Shown: positions 38,668-48,212 of the stretch, one piece after another
How the letters are laid out: each line of letters starts with the position of its first letter
Numbering within the stretch: the stretch's first letter is position 1
Assembly: GCA_964435235.1 (NCBI GenBank)
Contig: CAYSXZ010000047.1
Coordinates: forward strand, 4,594 to 68,593
DNA from: Candidatus Micrarchaeota archaeon
GTDB lineage: Archaea > Micrarchaeota > Micrarchaeia > Anstonellales > Bilamarchaeaceae
Direction of reading: 5' to 3'
DNA length: 64,000 bases
The notes under the pieces: generated by a model
The model's database searches: none
Told to the model about the DNA's origin: nothing
What the model saw: the letters and a program-made list of their open reading frames with translations, nothing else
Made by a program: the position numbers and the translations under genes

Positions 38668-39210
38668 TTACTTACTGCGCCATTCGCATCTTTGATTTAC
38701 GCATTTGCAGGAAAGACCGTAAGATTGGGCATTATAGCATTCTCGGTACTCGCATGTTGTGGCGATCGGCTCCTCGTATTTAGATTGGCATACTTGCCCT
38801 GAGCATCCTCCAGCAATGCAGTCAGAATCAGAGGAGCATGGACCGTTAGTTGACCAACCGCAGAAATGATTTGGTTGCTGCCCTGCACACTGATCCCATA
38901 CTATAAGAGAATTATCGCATGAGCTGTACCAACCCTCTGAACGTGTTCCGATTGCACCGCATTCTGCCTTGCATTTTGCACAGTTGTCATATCTTATCAA
39001 CTTTCCATCCCTGTACCATCCCTCGCTTCTCGTTCCTATTGCACCACAGTAGGGAATACCAGGACTTCCTTCACCAGTGCTCTCATTTACACTATTGTTT
39101 ATCGTATCATTTGTAGTAGTGTCATTCACACCCCCAGTGGATGGCGGTTGCTGAATACATCCAAAAGCAAGAATCGCACCTAAAAGCAATATTCCAAACA
39201 GTATTCTCAT
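38668..39210 (-). CDS. secreted Cys-rich lipoprotein with internal repeat and N-glycosylation-sequon linker
   Basis: 180 aa; signal peptide with lipobox-like AFGC; NDT/NNS/NES sequon-rich linker; tandem CGAIGTRSEGWY repeat; 17 Cys. Confidence 0.5.
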   Translation of the reverse strand: MRILFGILLLGAILAFGCIQQPPSTGGVNDTTTNDTINNSVNESTGEGSPGIPYCGAIGTRSEGWYRDGKLIRYDNCAKCKAECGAIGTRSEGWYSSCDNSLIVWDQCAGQQPNHFCGWSTNGPCSSDSDCIAGGCSGQVCQSKYEEPIATTCEYRECYNAQSYGLSCKCVNQRCEWRSK

Positions 39211-39779
39211 ATTATCGACCTTCCTTTTCGTCCTTTCATTAGCAAGAGCAATGATACTCCTACTATCAAAAGGCCTAATAAAACTAAAATGAGCGAGAAG
39301 TCGTTTGTTGTCGTGATGGAAATTGCTGTCCCGGTTTCCTGATGTGGAACTGCTTCTGCTGTCTTAACGAGAGCATCTCCAGCAAACACCATTTCTCCCT
39401 CGGCTTGTGTGGTCATGCCCTTTTCAGTCAAACCATATATTCCGTAAAGCGAAATAAGGATGCCAAAGATGCATGTCGCAATAAGTATGACAACTCGCTT
39501 TGGCCCCTCCTCGCCAACAAGCTTTCTTCCGTCTTTCGTGAGCGTGTAATACTTCCATATGTTCGTTGAAGGAACCTGCTCTATGAGCCTTCCCTTTATT
39601 AGAATATCAAGGTGCTCCTTTGCTGTCGTCTTTGAAATCTTAAGCGCCTCTGCAATTTCAGAAAGTGTGTAATTTCTTTTCTTAAGCAGTTTCAATATCT
39701 CGGTTCTAGTCTCTGAAGTGAGCGACCTAAACGTTTTTTGATCCATCACAATCGCATCTTCGATTCCTCGTTCGTCCAT
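39207..39779 (-). CDS. membrane-anchored winged-helix (ArsR/TrmB-like) transcriptional regulator
   Basis: 190 aa; N-terminal wHTH (LSEIAEALKISKTTAKEHLDILIKGRLIE) followed by two TM helices; overlaps the start of the downstream Cys-rich protein by 4 nt. Confidence 0.6.
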   Translation of the reverse strand: MDERGIEDAIVMDQKTFRSLTSETRTEILKLLKKRNYTLSEIAEALKISKTTAKEHLDILIKGRLIEQVPSTNIWKYYTLTKDGRKLVGEEGPKRVVILIATCIFGILISLYGIYGLTEKGMTTQAEGEMVFAGDALVKTAEAVPHQETGTAISITTTNDFSLILVLLGLLIVGVSLLLLMKGRKGRSII

Positions 39780-39904
39780 GTATTGAGATTAATGCGGATA
39801 CATTTATAAAGAAAAAGAAATCGTCAGGTTTTTTACTTACTTCGCAAATTTCGTTTGCCCTACGCATGTACGTTTTATAAATCTTTCTAACTCTAAAACA
39901 AATT

Positions 39905-40336
39905 ATGGGTTCAGATTTGAAAGTAGGAGACATAATGACTAAAAAAGTCATAGTTATCCCGTACGGGAAGAACATCCAAGATGTCGCAAAGCTGATGAAG
40001 AAAAACGAGATCGGCTCGATTGTCGTTGTAGAAGATATGACAAATAAAAGGGCCAAGGGAATAATAACTGAGAGAGATATTGTACACAACATCATTGCAA
40101 AAGGAAAAGACCCGTACAAGACTCTAGTAGAGGAAGTAATGTCAAAACCCCTTAGAGTCATAAAGCCTGATACTCCGATAGAAGATGCGGCTAAGGCAAT
40201 GAGGGAGAATAGGATTAAAAGATTGCCAGTCGTTGACGAAGAGAACGAGCTCGTAGGGATAATAAGCGAGGGAGACATAATGAAGGTGTTTCCCCTTGTA
40301 GTAGATCTTATAGAAGAAAAGGCTTCCCTAAGATGA
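39905..40336 (+). CDS. CBS-domain pair protein
   Basis: 143 aa; two CBS motifs (VGDIMTKKVIVI... and VMSKPLRVIKPD...RLPVVD). Confidence 0.8.
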   Translation: MGSDLKVGDIMTKKVIVIPYGKNIQDVAKLMKKNEIGSIVVVEDMTNKRAKGIITERDIVHNIIAKGKDPYKTLVEEVMSKPLRVIKPDTPIEDAAKAMRENRIKRLPVVDEENELVGIISEGDIMKVFPLVVDLIEEKASLR

Positions 40337-40447
40337 ATACTCATGCTGTGCATGGATGGCCGGCAGAGCTTAAAGCCATGAAGTTTTGGTCAACAATGCA
40401 CAGCTCATCGCACTCCTACTTATTCTATCTAGCCCATAGGTAAGAAC

Positions 40448-40858
40448 GTGAAATATGGAAAAAGGGCTGAAATGAGAAAAAAATACAAGACGCTCCAGCG
40501 ATTACTCCGTCTCATAGAGAACAGGGTTGTTCTTGTAGAAGGTAAGCGAGACAAAAAAGCGCTTGAAGAACTTGGTTGTAGAAGAGTGATAACAATATCT
40601 GGGAGGGCGCGGAATGTTTGCGAAAGTCTTAGATACGAAACCGAACCAATTGTAATAGCGACCGACCTAGACGAAAGCGGAAACGAACTTGCACGGATGG
40701 TAAAAGAGGAATTGGAGGGGTTGTCTCTCTCTGCTGACGATGAGACGAGGATACGTCTATCTAAGGTGCTTAGAATAAAACATTTCGAAAATGCAAAAAG
40801 AGGTTTTGACGATCTAATCGAGGAGATAATGAAAATGGATTTAGAGAAGGTGAGGTGA
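40448..40858 (+). CDS. small Toprim-domain protein
   Basis: 136 aa; Toprim motifs VVLVEGKRDKKAL (conserved Glu) and IVIATDLDESG (DxD); overlaps the dnaG start by 4 nt. Confidence 0.55.
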   Translation: MKYGKRAEMRKKYKTLQRLLRLIENRVVLVEGKRDKKALEELGCRRVITISGRARNVCESLRYETEPIVIATDLDESGNELARMVKEELEGLSLSADDETRIRLSKVLRIKHFENAKRGFDDLIEEIMKMDLEKVR

Positions 40859-42177
40859 AGGTTATGGCAAAAACATATATAGATACTGTAAAATACCTGG
40901 TTTACACAGATATAGAAATAGATGGTCTTGTTGAAAAACCAGACGTAGTAGGTGCAATATTCGGGCAAACAGAGGGGCTTCTAGGCGACGAGCTCGATTT
41001 GCGCGAATTGCAGAAAAACGGTAGGATAGGAAGAATAGAAGTGGAGCTTCAAGGAAAGGGAGGAAAGACTGTCGGCACAATAAAGATACCAAGCAGCCTC
41101 GACATGGTTGAAACATGTATAATAGCAGCGGCTCTAGAAACAGTGGATAGGGTTGGACCGTGCGAGGCTAAAATGAAGGTCACAAAGGTCGAGGATACAA
41201 GAAGCGTAAAGAGAAAAGTACTGCTGAATAGAGCAAAGGAGCTTCTTAGAAATCTTGTGACAACGGAAATACCAGAAAGTAGAGAAATAACAGATATGGT
41301 AAGAGACGAGGTAAAGATTGCCGAAATAATGGAATATGGGCCGGATAAACTTCCTGCTGGTCCGGGCGTCAACTTAAGTCAGGAAATAATAATCGTGGAG
41401 GGAAGAGCTGACGTTGTAAATCTACTAAAGAATAATATCACGAATGTGATCGCAATAGAAGGGGCAAAAGTACCTGCTAGTCTTGTCGAGCTTTCAAAGA
41501 GAAAAGAAGTTACTGTATTCCTCGATGGCGATCGTGGCGGAGACATCATCCTTAACGAGCTTATCCAAGGCGGTGTTGAGATAGATTACGTAGCAAGAGC
41601 CCCTATAGGGATGGAGGTCGAGGAATTAACAAGAAAAGAACTTATAAAATGCATAAGGAACAAGGTGCCGTTTGAGCAGGGAGAGGAGGTTGTGAAAGGG
41701 GTTCAACTTGAGAAACAACCAAGAAGAATGGAAGAGTTTAAAACACAAAAAAAGAGAGAACTGCCGTCCGTCCACCCCATTGTTCACCCCCGTTACATGC
41801 CTCAGAGAGGTATTGCACAAGAGCCTATAGTTGTAACAGAAGAGAAAGGAGAACAGGCAGCAAGCGAAGAGAAAAAGCCTCTTCCGAAAATAGTTGGTGG
41901 AAAAGAAGGTTTTCTTGCAGAACTTAATGAACTTGAAAATACCTTGAATGCAAGATTCTATAACATAAACTACGAAAGGATTGCTGAGGTTCCAGTAAGG
42001 GACGTCATAAAGAAACTAAGTGAAAGCAGGGATATAAACGCGATAGTGTTCGATGGTATCATAACCCAGCGTCTCGTGGACCTTGCAGCAAAGCAAGGAG
42101 TAAAAACTCTCGTAGGACTGAAGATAGGTAATGTGAATAAAACCCCTGAAGGAATAGAGATAATAACCAAGAGCTAG
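40855..42177 (+). CDS. dnaG: archaeal DnaG-type primase / exosome-associated Toprim protein
   Basis: 440 aa; Toprim core IIIVEGRADVVNLL...VFLDGDRGGD; length and architecture match archaeal DnaG. Confidence 0.8.
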   Translation: MKVMAKTYIDTVKYLVYTDIEIDGLVEKPDVVGAIFGQTEGLLGDELDLRELQKNGRIGRIEVELQGKGGKTVGTIKIPSSLDMVETCIIAAALETVDRVGPCEAKMKVTKVEDTRSVKRKVLLNRAKELLRNLVTTEIPESREITDMVRDEVKIAEIMEYGPDKLPAGPGVNLSQEIIIVEGRADVVNLLKNNITNVIAIEGAKVPASLVELSKRKEVTVFLDGDRGGDIILNELIQGGVEIDYVARAPIGMEVEELTRKELIKCIRNKVPFEQGEEVVKGVQLEKQPRRMEEFKTQKKRELPSVHPIVHPRYMPQRGIAQEPIVVTEEKGEQAASEEKKPLPKIVGGKEGFLAELNELENTLNARFYNINYERIAEVPVRDVIKKLSESRDINAIVFDGIITQRLVDLAAKQGVKTLVGLKIGNVNKTPEGIEIITKS

Positions 42178-42222
42178 CATTTTTGGCAAAGAAATTTAAA
42201 GTTTGTTAGGCGAGAGAGTAGT

Positions 42223-43434
42223 ATGACATCTAAAAAAGCAATACTATTTATAATAGATGGACTTGGGGATTTACCGACACCTAAAACGCCGCTTCAAGCC
42301 GCAAAGAAACCAAATCTTGATAGGCTTGCAAAAAACGGATGCACTGGTTTGCTAAGCCCGCTTGGAAGAGGTGTTGTTCCTGGGAGCGACACCAGTCATC
42401 TTAGATTGCTCGGTTATGATCCCGAGGCATTCTACTGTGGGAGAGGTCCTCTTGAAGCACTTGGGGTTGGGATGAAATTAGAAGAAGGAGATGTTGCATT
42501 TAGGGCGAATTTTGCAACTGTGAAAAATGGGCAGGTCGTTGACAGAAGGGCAGGAAGAATACCAACCAGTGAGGCAAGAGAATTGGAAAAATACCTAAGC
42601 ACGAAAATAGAAGATGTTGAAATAATCTTCAAGCACTCTGTGCAACATAGAGGGGTGGTTGTTTTCCGCGGCAGTGGTTTAAGTCCTATGGTTTCTGATA
42701 CAGACCCACACGGTGAAGGGCAAGTTGCAGAATGCATTCCATGCGATCAGATCGGAGAAGCATCCAAAACAGCCAGAATAGTTAATAAGTATATGAAATT
42801 TGCAATTCAAAGATTATCCGAGGTACCTGAGAATAAAGAAAGAATAAGAAAGAACCTTCCTCCTGCGAATGCTCTTCTTCTTAGGGGTGCGGGTGCCTAC
42901 AAAAAGGTACCTAGTATAATAGAAAGGTTTGGATTGAATTCTGTTTGCATAGCTGGAGGGGCGCTTTATCGCGGGGTAGCTACTTATATCGGCATGGATG
43001 TTTATATGGTTCTTGGCGATCCTTCAACTGGCATGATAAAGCTTGAGGAAAAGGTTAAAGCTGTAGAGAATGCGATTAAGAATTATGATTTTATATTTCT
43101 TCATGTAAAGGCGACCGATAACTACGGCCACGATGGCGATTTCAAAGGCAAAAAGGAAACTATAGAAAAGATAGATAAAGAGATCATCCCTGTGCTTGAA
43201 AGGAGCGGTGCGTATTTGATAATAACCGGAGATCATTCTACTCCATGCTCAAGAAGAGAACATTCAGGCCATGAGGTTCCGATACTTATATACGGAAGGG
43301 ACGAAAGACCAGACAAGGTAAAGAAGTTTGACGAAATAAGCTGTATGGCTGGAGGTCTTGGCCACATAGAAGGAAAGGATGTCATGCCAATTATTCTAAA
43401 TCTTATCGGAAAAGCGGAGAAGTATGGAAGTTAG
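42223..43434 (+). CDS. apgM: 2,3-bisphosphoglycerate-independent phosphoglycerate mutase, archaeal type
   Basis: 403 aa; N-terminal ILFIIDGLGDLP and metal-binding His/Asp pattern of the ApgM family. Confidence 0.85.
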   Translation: MTSKKAILFIIDGLGDLPTPKTPLQAAKKPNLDRLAKNGCTGLLSPLGRGVVPGSDTSHLRLLGYDPEAFYCGRGPLEALGVGMKLEEGDVAFRANFATVKNGQVVDRRAGRIPTSEARELEKYLSTKIEDVEIIFKHSVQHRGVVVFRGSGLSPMVSDTDPHGEGQVAECIPCDQIGEASKTARIVNKYMKFAIQRLSEVPENKERIRKNLPPANALLLRGAGAYKKVPSIIERFGLNSVCIAGGALYRGVATYIGMDVYMVLGDPSTGMIKLEEKVKAVENAIKNYDFIFLHVKATDNYGHDGDFKGKKETIEKIDKEIIPVLERSGAYLIITGDHSTPCSRREHSGHEVPILIYGRDERPDKVKKFDEISCMAGGLGHIEGKDVMPIILNLIGKAEKYGS

Positions 43435-43453
43435 GCACTCATTTATTGATATG

Positions 43454-44023
43454 TTATTTCTTCTTAAGTTTCATGAGTAAATCATAGAATATTTCTGCGT
43501 TTATCCATTCGCAGCCTATCTTGTCAGCGAATTTTATAACGCCTTCATCAGAGGTTACAATAGGCGCATCGAGCTCCTTTGCGAGAAGGAGAAGCTCAAA
43601 ATCTTCTTTGCTGTCTAAAATCCCAGCACGGAGAAGAGAGCGGTATTTCTCCCTCAACCTTTTCAGCTTCTCCGGATTGTTTGGCCTGTTATCCACTGCA
43701 AATTCCTCTGCAAGCCTAAGTCCCCTATTTATTCTTTCTCTTATGTCTTCTATGAAATCCTCGAATACAGCTGCTGGAAGATAGATCGCATGCATGTTTG
43801 CAGATCTTTTCTTTATGAACACTTCCCATTCTTTCGTTGTCTTAGCATCCAGGAATGTGTAGAGTTCCTTGATTACAAGCGGTGGCATGTAGAAGTCGAC
43901 ATCTAAATCGCTTGTTTTTTTAATGAAGGATCGCACTGCTTCGCTTGGAGTCTTGCCAAACCTTTTCCTTGCTGCTGGATTTACGAAAAGAGACGTATCG
44001 ATAACAAATCTTTTCTCAGGCAT
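43454..44023 (-). CDS. PIN-domain protein (MJ_0950 / RNA-ligase-partner-like)
   Basis: 189 aa; N-terminal RFVIDTS and C-terminal ELDAPIVTSDEGV acidic motifs typical of PIN nucleases. Confidence 0.5.
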   Translation of the reverse strand: MPEKRFVIDTSLFVNPAARKRFGKTPSEAVRSFIKKTSDLDVDFYMPPLVIKELYTFLDAKTTKEWEVFIKKRSANMHAIYLPAAVFEDFIEDIRERINRGLRLAEEFAVDNRPNNPEKLKRLREKYRSLLRAGILDSKEDFELLLLAKELDAPIVTSDEGVIKFADKIGCEWINAEIFYDLLMKLKKK

Positions 44024-44064
44024 GATTGACTATCGCATAGCAGAATTAAAACCTTTCGCTGCGA

Positions 44065-45072
44065 ATGGCTTGCATGAAAATGGTTCCATTCGATGAATAT
44101 CAGCATGCGGCAAATGAAAAATTTTACAAGAAGGCCGGTCTCTCGTTTAGTAAGAAATTCAAAACCTTTGCATCTGATACAAGGTTTGCGATGGCGCTAG
44201 CAACAGATTTCTATAAAAGAATGAAAGCACGCATAAAGCAGAAGGAAACGCTTAGGGTATACGAATTTGGAATAGGAGAGGGGAGCCTTGGCGTGAGATT
44301 TCTTCTGGAACTAAGAAAACTCAGTGAAACGCTCGCTGAAAATACACTTTATTACTTCTGCGATTTTTCTGAAGAACTCATAAAAAATGCGGTAGGCAGA
44401 GCAGATGCATTTGGTTTCAATGCTGAAGGGGTAGTCTATGATGGAATAAGAGAACCAGAATTCCTTACCGAACCAGATTATATATTTATGAGCGAATTTT
44501 ATGATGACCTGCCAACGAAGATATTGCTGCGCAACGAGAAGGAAGTTCTGGAGATTATGATGGAAGGAAAAAAACAAACACTCGCAACGTTCGAAGGAGA
44601 CGAAAAAATTTACACATATATGGAAAAAATGCCTGAAGGCTATTACATTCCGATAAATATAACCGCCAAGAGACATCTGGATTTCTGTGCATCTTCGCTT
44701 GCTAAGGATGGTTGCATTGATATTTTTGATTACGGATTCAGAAGCACAGACGAAATAAAAAAGATACCAAAAGATATGTGGAACAACTCAGTAATGCGGG
44801 AATACGACGGACAGATTACAACCGATGTAAATTTTGATTTTCTCTCTGCCGGACTAAACGCAGAGATAGAAACGCAGCTCGAATTTGTCGAAAAGACTTT
44901 ATGCAAAAAATTTTATGAAGTCGAAATGGATAGGTTGCGCTATCTCAGTGAAAAGGAGTTGAGATGCAGTAAGCGTAAACTAAAAAAATACGGCTATCCT
45001 TCCAATTTTTGGAAGGAAGCAAGCGAGTCCACTGGCTACATTCATATGAGGGTAAGAAGCAATAGCATCTGA
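44065..45072 (+). CDS. putative SAM-dependent methyltransferase-like protein
   Basis: 335 aa; motif-I-like VYEFGIGEGSLGVRFL (ExGxGxG); otherwise unassigned. Confidence 0.3.
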   Translation: MACMKMVPFDEYQHAANEKFYKKAGLSFSKKFKTFASDTRFAMALATDFYKRMKARIKQKETLRVYEFGIGEGSLGVRFLLELRKLSETLAENTLYYFCDFSEELIKNAVGRADAFGFNAEGVVYDGIREPEFLTEPDYIFMSEFYDDLPTKILLRNEKEVLEIMMEGKKQTLATFEGDEKIYTYMEKMPEGYYIPINITAKRHLDFCASSLAKDGCIDIFDYGFRSTDEIKKIPKDMWNNSVMREYDGQITTDVNFDFLSAGLNAEIETQLEFVEKTLCKKFYEVEMDRLRYLSEKELRCSKRKLKKYGYPSNFWKEASESTGYIHMRVRSNSI

Positions 45073-45104
45073 ATTTAAATTATTATTCTGAAATATATAA
45101 TACT

Positions 45105-45995
45105 ATGCGAATTCTCCTACAGTTTCCGGAAGGCCTGAAGAAGGAAGCTATCAGGCATGCTGAGAAATACGAAAAAGAAGGTCACGAGGTTTTCATTTCT
45201 GGTGCATCATGCTATGGTGGATGCGACCTTGCGCTTGATGAAGCTAAAGCAATAGGCGCGGAAAAGATAATTCATTTTGGGCATGCACCATTTCTGAAGG
45301 GTAGCATTGGCATACCGGTCGAATATATCGAATACGCAATAGATGTTAATCTTGACGTGCTGAAAAACGCTGTCGGACAGATAAAAGAAAAAAGGATTGC
45401 TCTCGGAACTACTGTTCAACACATCCATCAATTCGGTGAAATTAAGCGGATTTTCGAAGCCTCGGGCAAAACAGTGTTTACGGGAAAGGGTGCGCTTGCA
45501 TATTATGAAGGTCAGGTGCTTGGTTGCGATAACCTTGCAGTCACACAGTTTGGAGAGGCAGAGGCAATAGTTATTGTAGGGGATGGGCTTTTCCATGGTA
45601 TAGGAATAGTAAGCAAAAAACCTGTTTATGTCATCCATCCAAAGAGTGGTACGGTGCGAAACATCACAGACGATATAGAAAGGATTAGAAAGCGAAGGAG
45701 GGGCGCTATCGCAAAGGCGCTGGAGTGTAAAAGGTTCGCCATTCTAGTTAGCACAAAGCCCGGTCAGTTCAATCTAAGGGTTGCTAAAAAAATTAAGGAC
45801 AAACTTCGTTCGGTTGGAAAAAAGGGGGAGATAATTATTGCGAATGAGTTCTCTCCTATTACGCTTGCAAATTTTACAGAATTCGAATGCTACATTAATA
45901 CCGCATGCCCAAGAATTGCAGATGATGCGGAGGAATTTGGAAAACCGATACTGAACCCAGACATGCTCGAAGAGATGCTCTCCATGCTGCGTTAA
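45105..45995 (+). CDS. dph2: diphthamide biosynthesis protein Dph2 (2-(3-amino-3-carboxypropyl)histidine synthase)
   Basis: 296 aa; three-domain Dph2 pattern with conserved Cys in CYGGCD, GQVLGCD and NTACPR; colinear with my recollection of archaeal Dph2. Confidence 0.8.
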   Translation: MRILLQFPEGLKKEAIRHAEKYEKEGHEVFISGASCYGGCDLALDEAKAIGAEKIIHFGHAPFLKGSIGIPVEYIEYAIDVNLDVLKNAVGQIKEKRIALGTTVQHIHQFGEIKRIFEASGKTVFTGKGALAYYEGQVLGCDNLAVTQFGEAEAIVIVGDGLFHGIGIVSKKPVYVIHPKSGTVRNITDDIERIRKRRRGAIAKALECKRFAILVSTKPGQFNLRVAKKIKDKLRSVGKKGEIIIANEFSPITLANFTEFECYINTACPRIADDAEEFGKPILNPDMLEEMLSMLR

Positions 45996-46024
45996 ATCGA
46001 ACTCCTTCACATAGATCAGATAAA

Positions 46025-47113
46025 TTAGATAAGTTTAACAAGGCCTCTGCCTATCTCAGGAATGTTTCCTCCGAAAAGATTTGTAGTGTTCAGAATAAAG
46101 GTGAGCATAAGAATGGCTGCCGCAAGAGGAGCGAGACATATCGAGGCAAAAACCCTTTTAAAGAGCTTCCCTATGTATCCAGTCCTAAAATCGAGAAGAT
46201 TTACAATTTGATCATAACTACTTTTGATGATTAGAGGTATCTCACCAATTATCTTCGAGAAAGATGCGGGATTATTCCTAAATTGTTCTTCATTAAACGG
46301 CAAGGCAGGCAGGCTGCACAGGTAGTACGGAGAACCTTTTTCAATAGCTGCTTGGCATCCTCCAACCGGTGTTAGCACCCCCTCCTGAGCTTCAGGTAGG
46401 GAGATGTTCGCTATGAGAACGTAGCCGAATGGAAATATAAAATAAAACCCTATAGAGGCAGCCATGAGGTATGCACCGGCGCCTCTTGTTGGAGGAAAGG
46501 CCCTAAGCGCAACCCCTATTGCAAAGAAAAATCCAGCATAGTGTTTTACGAAGTTAAGAGAGTGGAGAAGAACATAGTAGATATAAAGATAGAAAGAGAG
46601 CATCTGTGTAGTGTTTTTTATTCTTTCAGCAATCGCCTTTACACCGTAGCCAGTTGCTTGCTCTGACATGAACACTTCCATATAAACAGAGGCTGCAGAT
46701 TCTATTGGGATGCTTGCAATATAAAGAGTATGGAGAGTATCTTGAACGCATCTTGCAGGAGTCTCCATATACAGTTTTGTGTAATCTATCAAGGTAGTGG
46801 CTGGTATGTTGCCTACCATAGGCGTAAAGGAACAGGTGGTGCAGTCGATTCCAAAGCTGTTGAAGTAAAGGCATCTAACAACTGCAACAATTGCATTCTC
46901 TCCAACATAAAGAAGACCGATTACCATCAGAACTATAAAAACAGTGGATGCTGCATAAACAAATTCTACCTTTGCAGTCTGTTCAAGATTTCTTAAATTC
47001 AACGCCCTTGACAATATGATAAGCATAGCAGCGCCCATGACAGATATTCCTGCGGCTGCAAACGAGATCGTCTGCCAGTCAAGCCATCCACTTATATTAG
47101 TTGCAAAGGCCAT
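46025..47113 (-). CDS. paralogous polytopic membrane protein, family member 6 of 6
   Basis: 362 aa; shares GVALRAFPPTRGAG...FIFPF and C-terminal NIPEIGRGLVKLI with five upstream paralogs. Confidence 0.5.
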   Translation of the reverse strand: MAFATNISGWLDWQTISFAAAGISVMGAAMLIILSRALNLRNLEQTAKVEFVYAASTVFIVLMVIGLLYVGENAIVAVVRCLYFNSFGIDCTTCSFTPMVGNIPATTLIDYTKLYMETPARCVQDTLHTLYIASIPIESAASVYMEVFMSEQATGYGVKAIAERIKNTTQMLSFYLYIYYVLLHSLNFVKHYAGFFFAIGVALRAFPPTRGAGAYLMAASIGFYFIFPFGYVLIANISLPEAQEGVLTPVGGCQAAIEKGSPYYLCSLPALPFNEEQFRNNPASFSKIIGEIPLIIKSSYDQIVNLLDFRTGYIGKLFKRVFASICLAPLAAAILMLTFILNTTNLFGGNIPEIGRGLVKLI

Positions 47114-47128
47114 GGTATCATCCTTATA

Positions 47129-48211
47129 CTATATCATCCTTGTTAATGAACTTATGTCTACCTCCTCGCCGAAACTTTTGCTAAGAGATAATGCTGCTTG
47201 CGTGAATATTAGAATATTAAACGCTGGCATTAAATAACCAATCATGAAAGCCTTCCCGACAACAGAGATTGGAAAAACCATAATTACTAAGAAGATGCTT
47301 CCAAAAACATCCTGCAGCAGATTGCCTATACTGCCTAGCGCTCCGGTTACGAACCCGAAAAGACCACTACTGTAAGTGAATGGATTAAGAAAGTGCGATA
47401 TCTTAGTCCAAAAATCACCACCAGGTCCGTAATACTGTACAATAAAACTTCTGAAAGTTATCATCGGCCCATTTTCATTGTAAAAAATAAAATAAGTAAG
47501 GGTAGTAAGAAAAGGAAAAATCAAGAGAAAACTAAGACATACTGCGATCAGTGTGCCACCGAGCCTTCTTGTTGGAAGAAAACAACGCAGGAAAACGCCT
47601 ATCGGAAGGTAATAACCAAGAAAGACCTCTGTGGCAAAGAGAAATGTGTAGTATTGGGCGTAATTTATAACGTATGCTATGGTAAGCGCAGTAGTGCAGT
47701 TATAAAGAAGTTGCTTAAGAGGGGTTGCAAAACCAGCAAGAGGAGCGGAAACAAGACCTATCCCTAGCGGTCTTGCATATTGAGTTATTGAAGAAGCCAT
47801 ATCTACGTACACATTAATAACGTAATTAAGGTTCAGCCAAACCTCCATATCCCTACCTACCTCAAGAAAATAATTTTCGGTTATTTCATAGATAGTGGCA
47901 TCAGGGCTCACGCCAGATGGTAGGACCGATGGCGGAAGCAGTTTTCCTATACCTAGGTTTGAAAGAGAACCTGCAATACCAATAACATAAAATACTAGAA
48001 TGGCAGTGACAACTACCTCGTAAAGTTCTAGTTTTACAAACGATATCAATTCATTGTTGCGGAAAAGCGTGCCCCAGGCATATATGAATGCAAGAATGAC
48101 TACTGAGGTTAGAAGAGCTGCGCCGCAGAGGGCAACCCACGACCAGAAGCCGCCCCCAGAAGCAGCAAACGCAGGTATACTTGTTATAGGTATCGGTGGC
48201 ATATTGACCAC
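47129..48211 (-). CDS. paralogous polytopic membrane protein, family member 5 of 6
   Basis: 360 aa; KLELYEV after TM1, GVFLRCFLPTRRLGG...LIFPF, C-terminus GEEVDISSLTRMI. Confidence 0.5.
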   Translation of the reverse strand: MVNMPPIPITSIPAFAASGGGFWSWVALCGAALLTSVVILAFIYAWGTLFRNNELISFVKLELYEVVVTAILVFYVIGIAGSLSNLGIGKLLPPSVLPSGVSPDATIYEITENYFLEVGRDMEVWLNLNYVINVYVDMASSITQYARPLGIGLVSAPLAGFATPLKQLLYNCTTALTIAYVINYAQYYTFLFATEVFLGYYLPIGVFLRCFLPTRRLGGTLIAVCLSFLLIFPFLTTLTYFIFYNENGPMITFRSFIVQYYGPGGDFWTKISHFLNPFTYSSGLFGFVTGALGSIGNLLQDVFGSIFLVIMVFPISVVGKAFMIGYLMPAFNILIFTQAALSLSKSFGEEVDISSLTRMI

Positions 48212-48212
48212 A

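Noticed and set aside
39727-40968. Minus-strand ORFs 39727..40353 and 40429..40968 overlapping the CBS and Toprim genes
   Set aside because: Antisense to genes with clear CBS and Toprim motifs; hydrophobic low-complexity translations.
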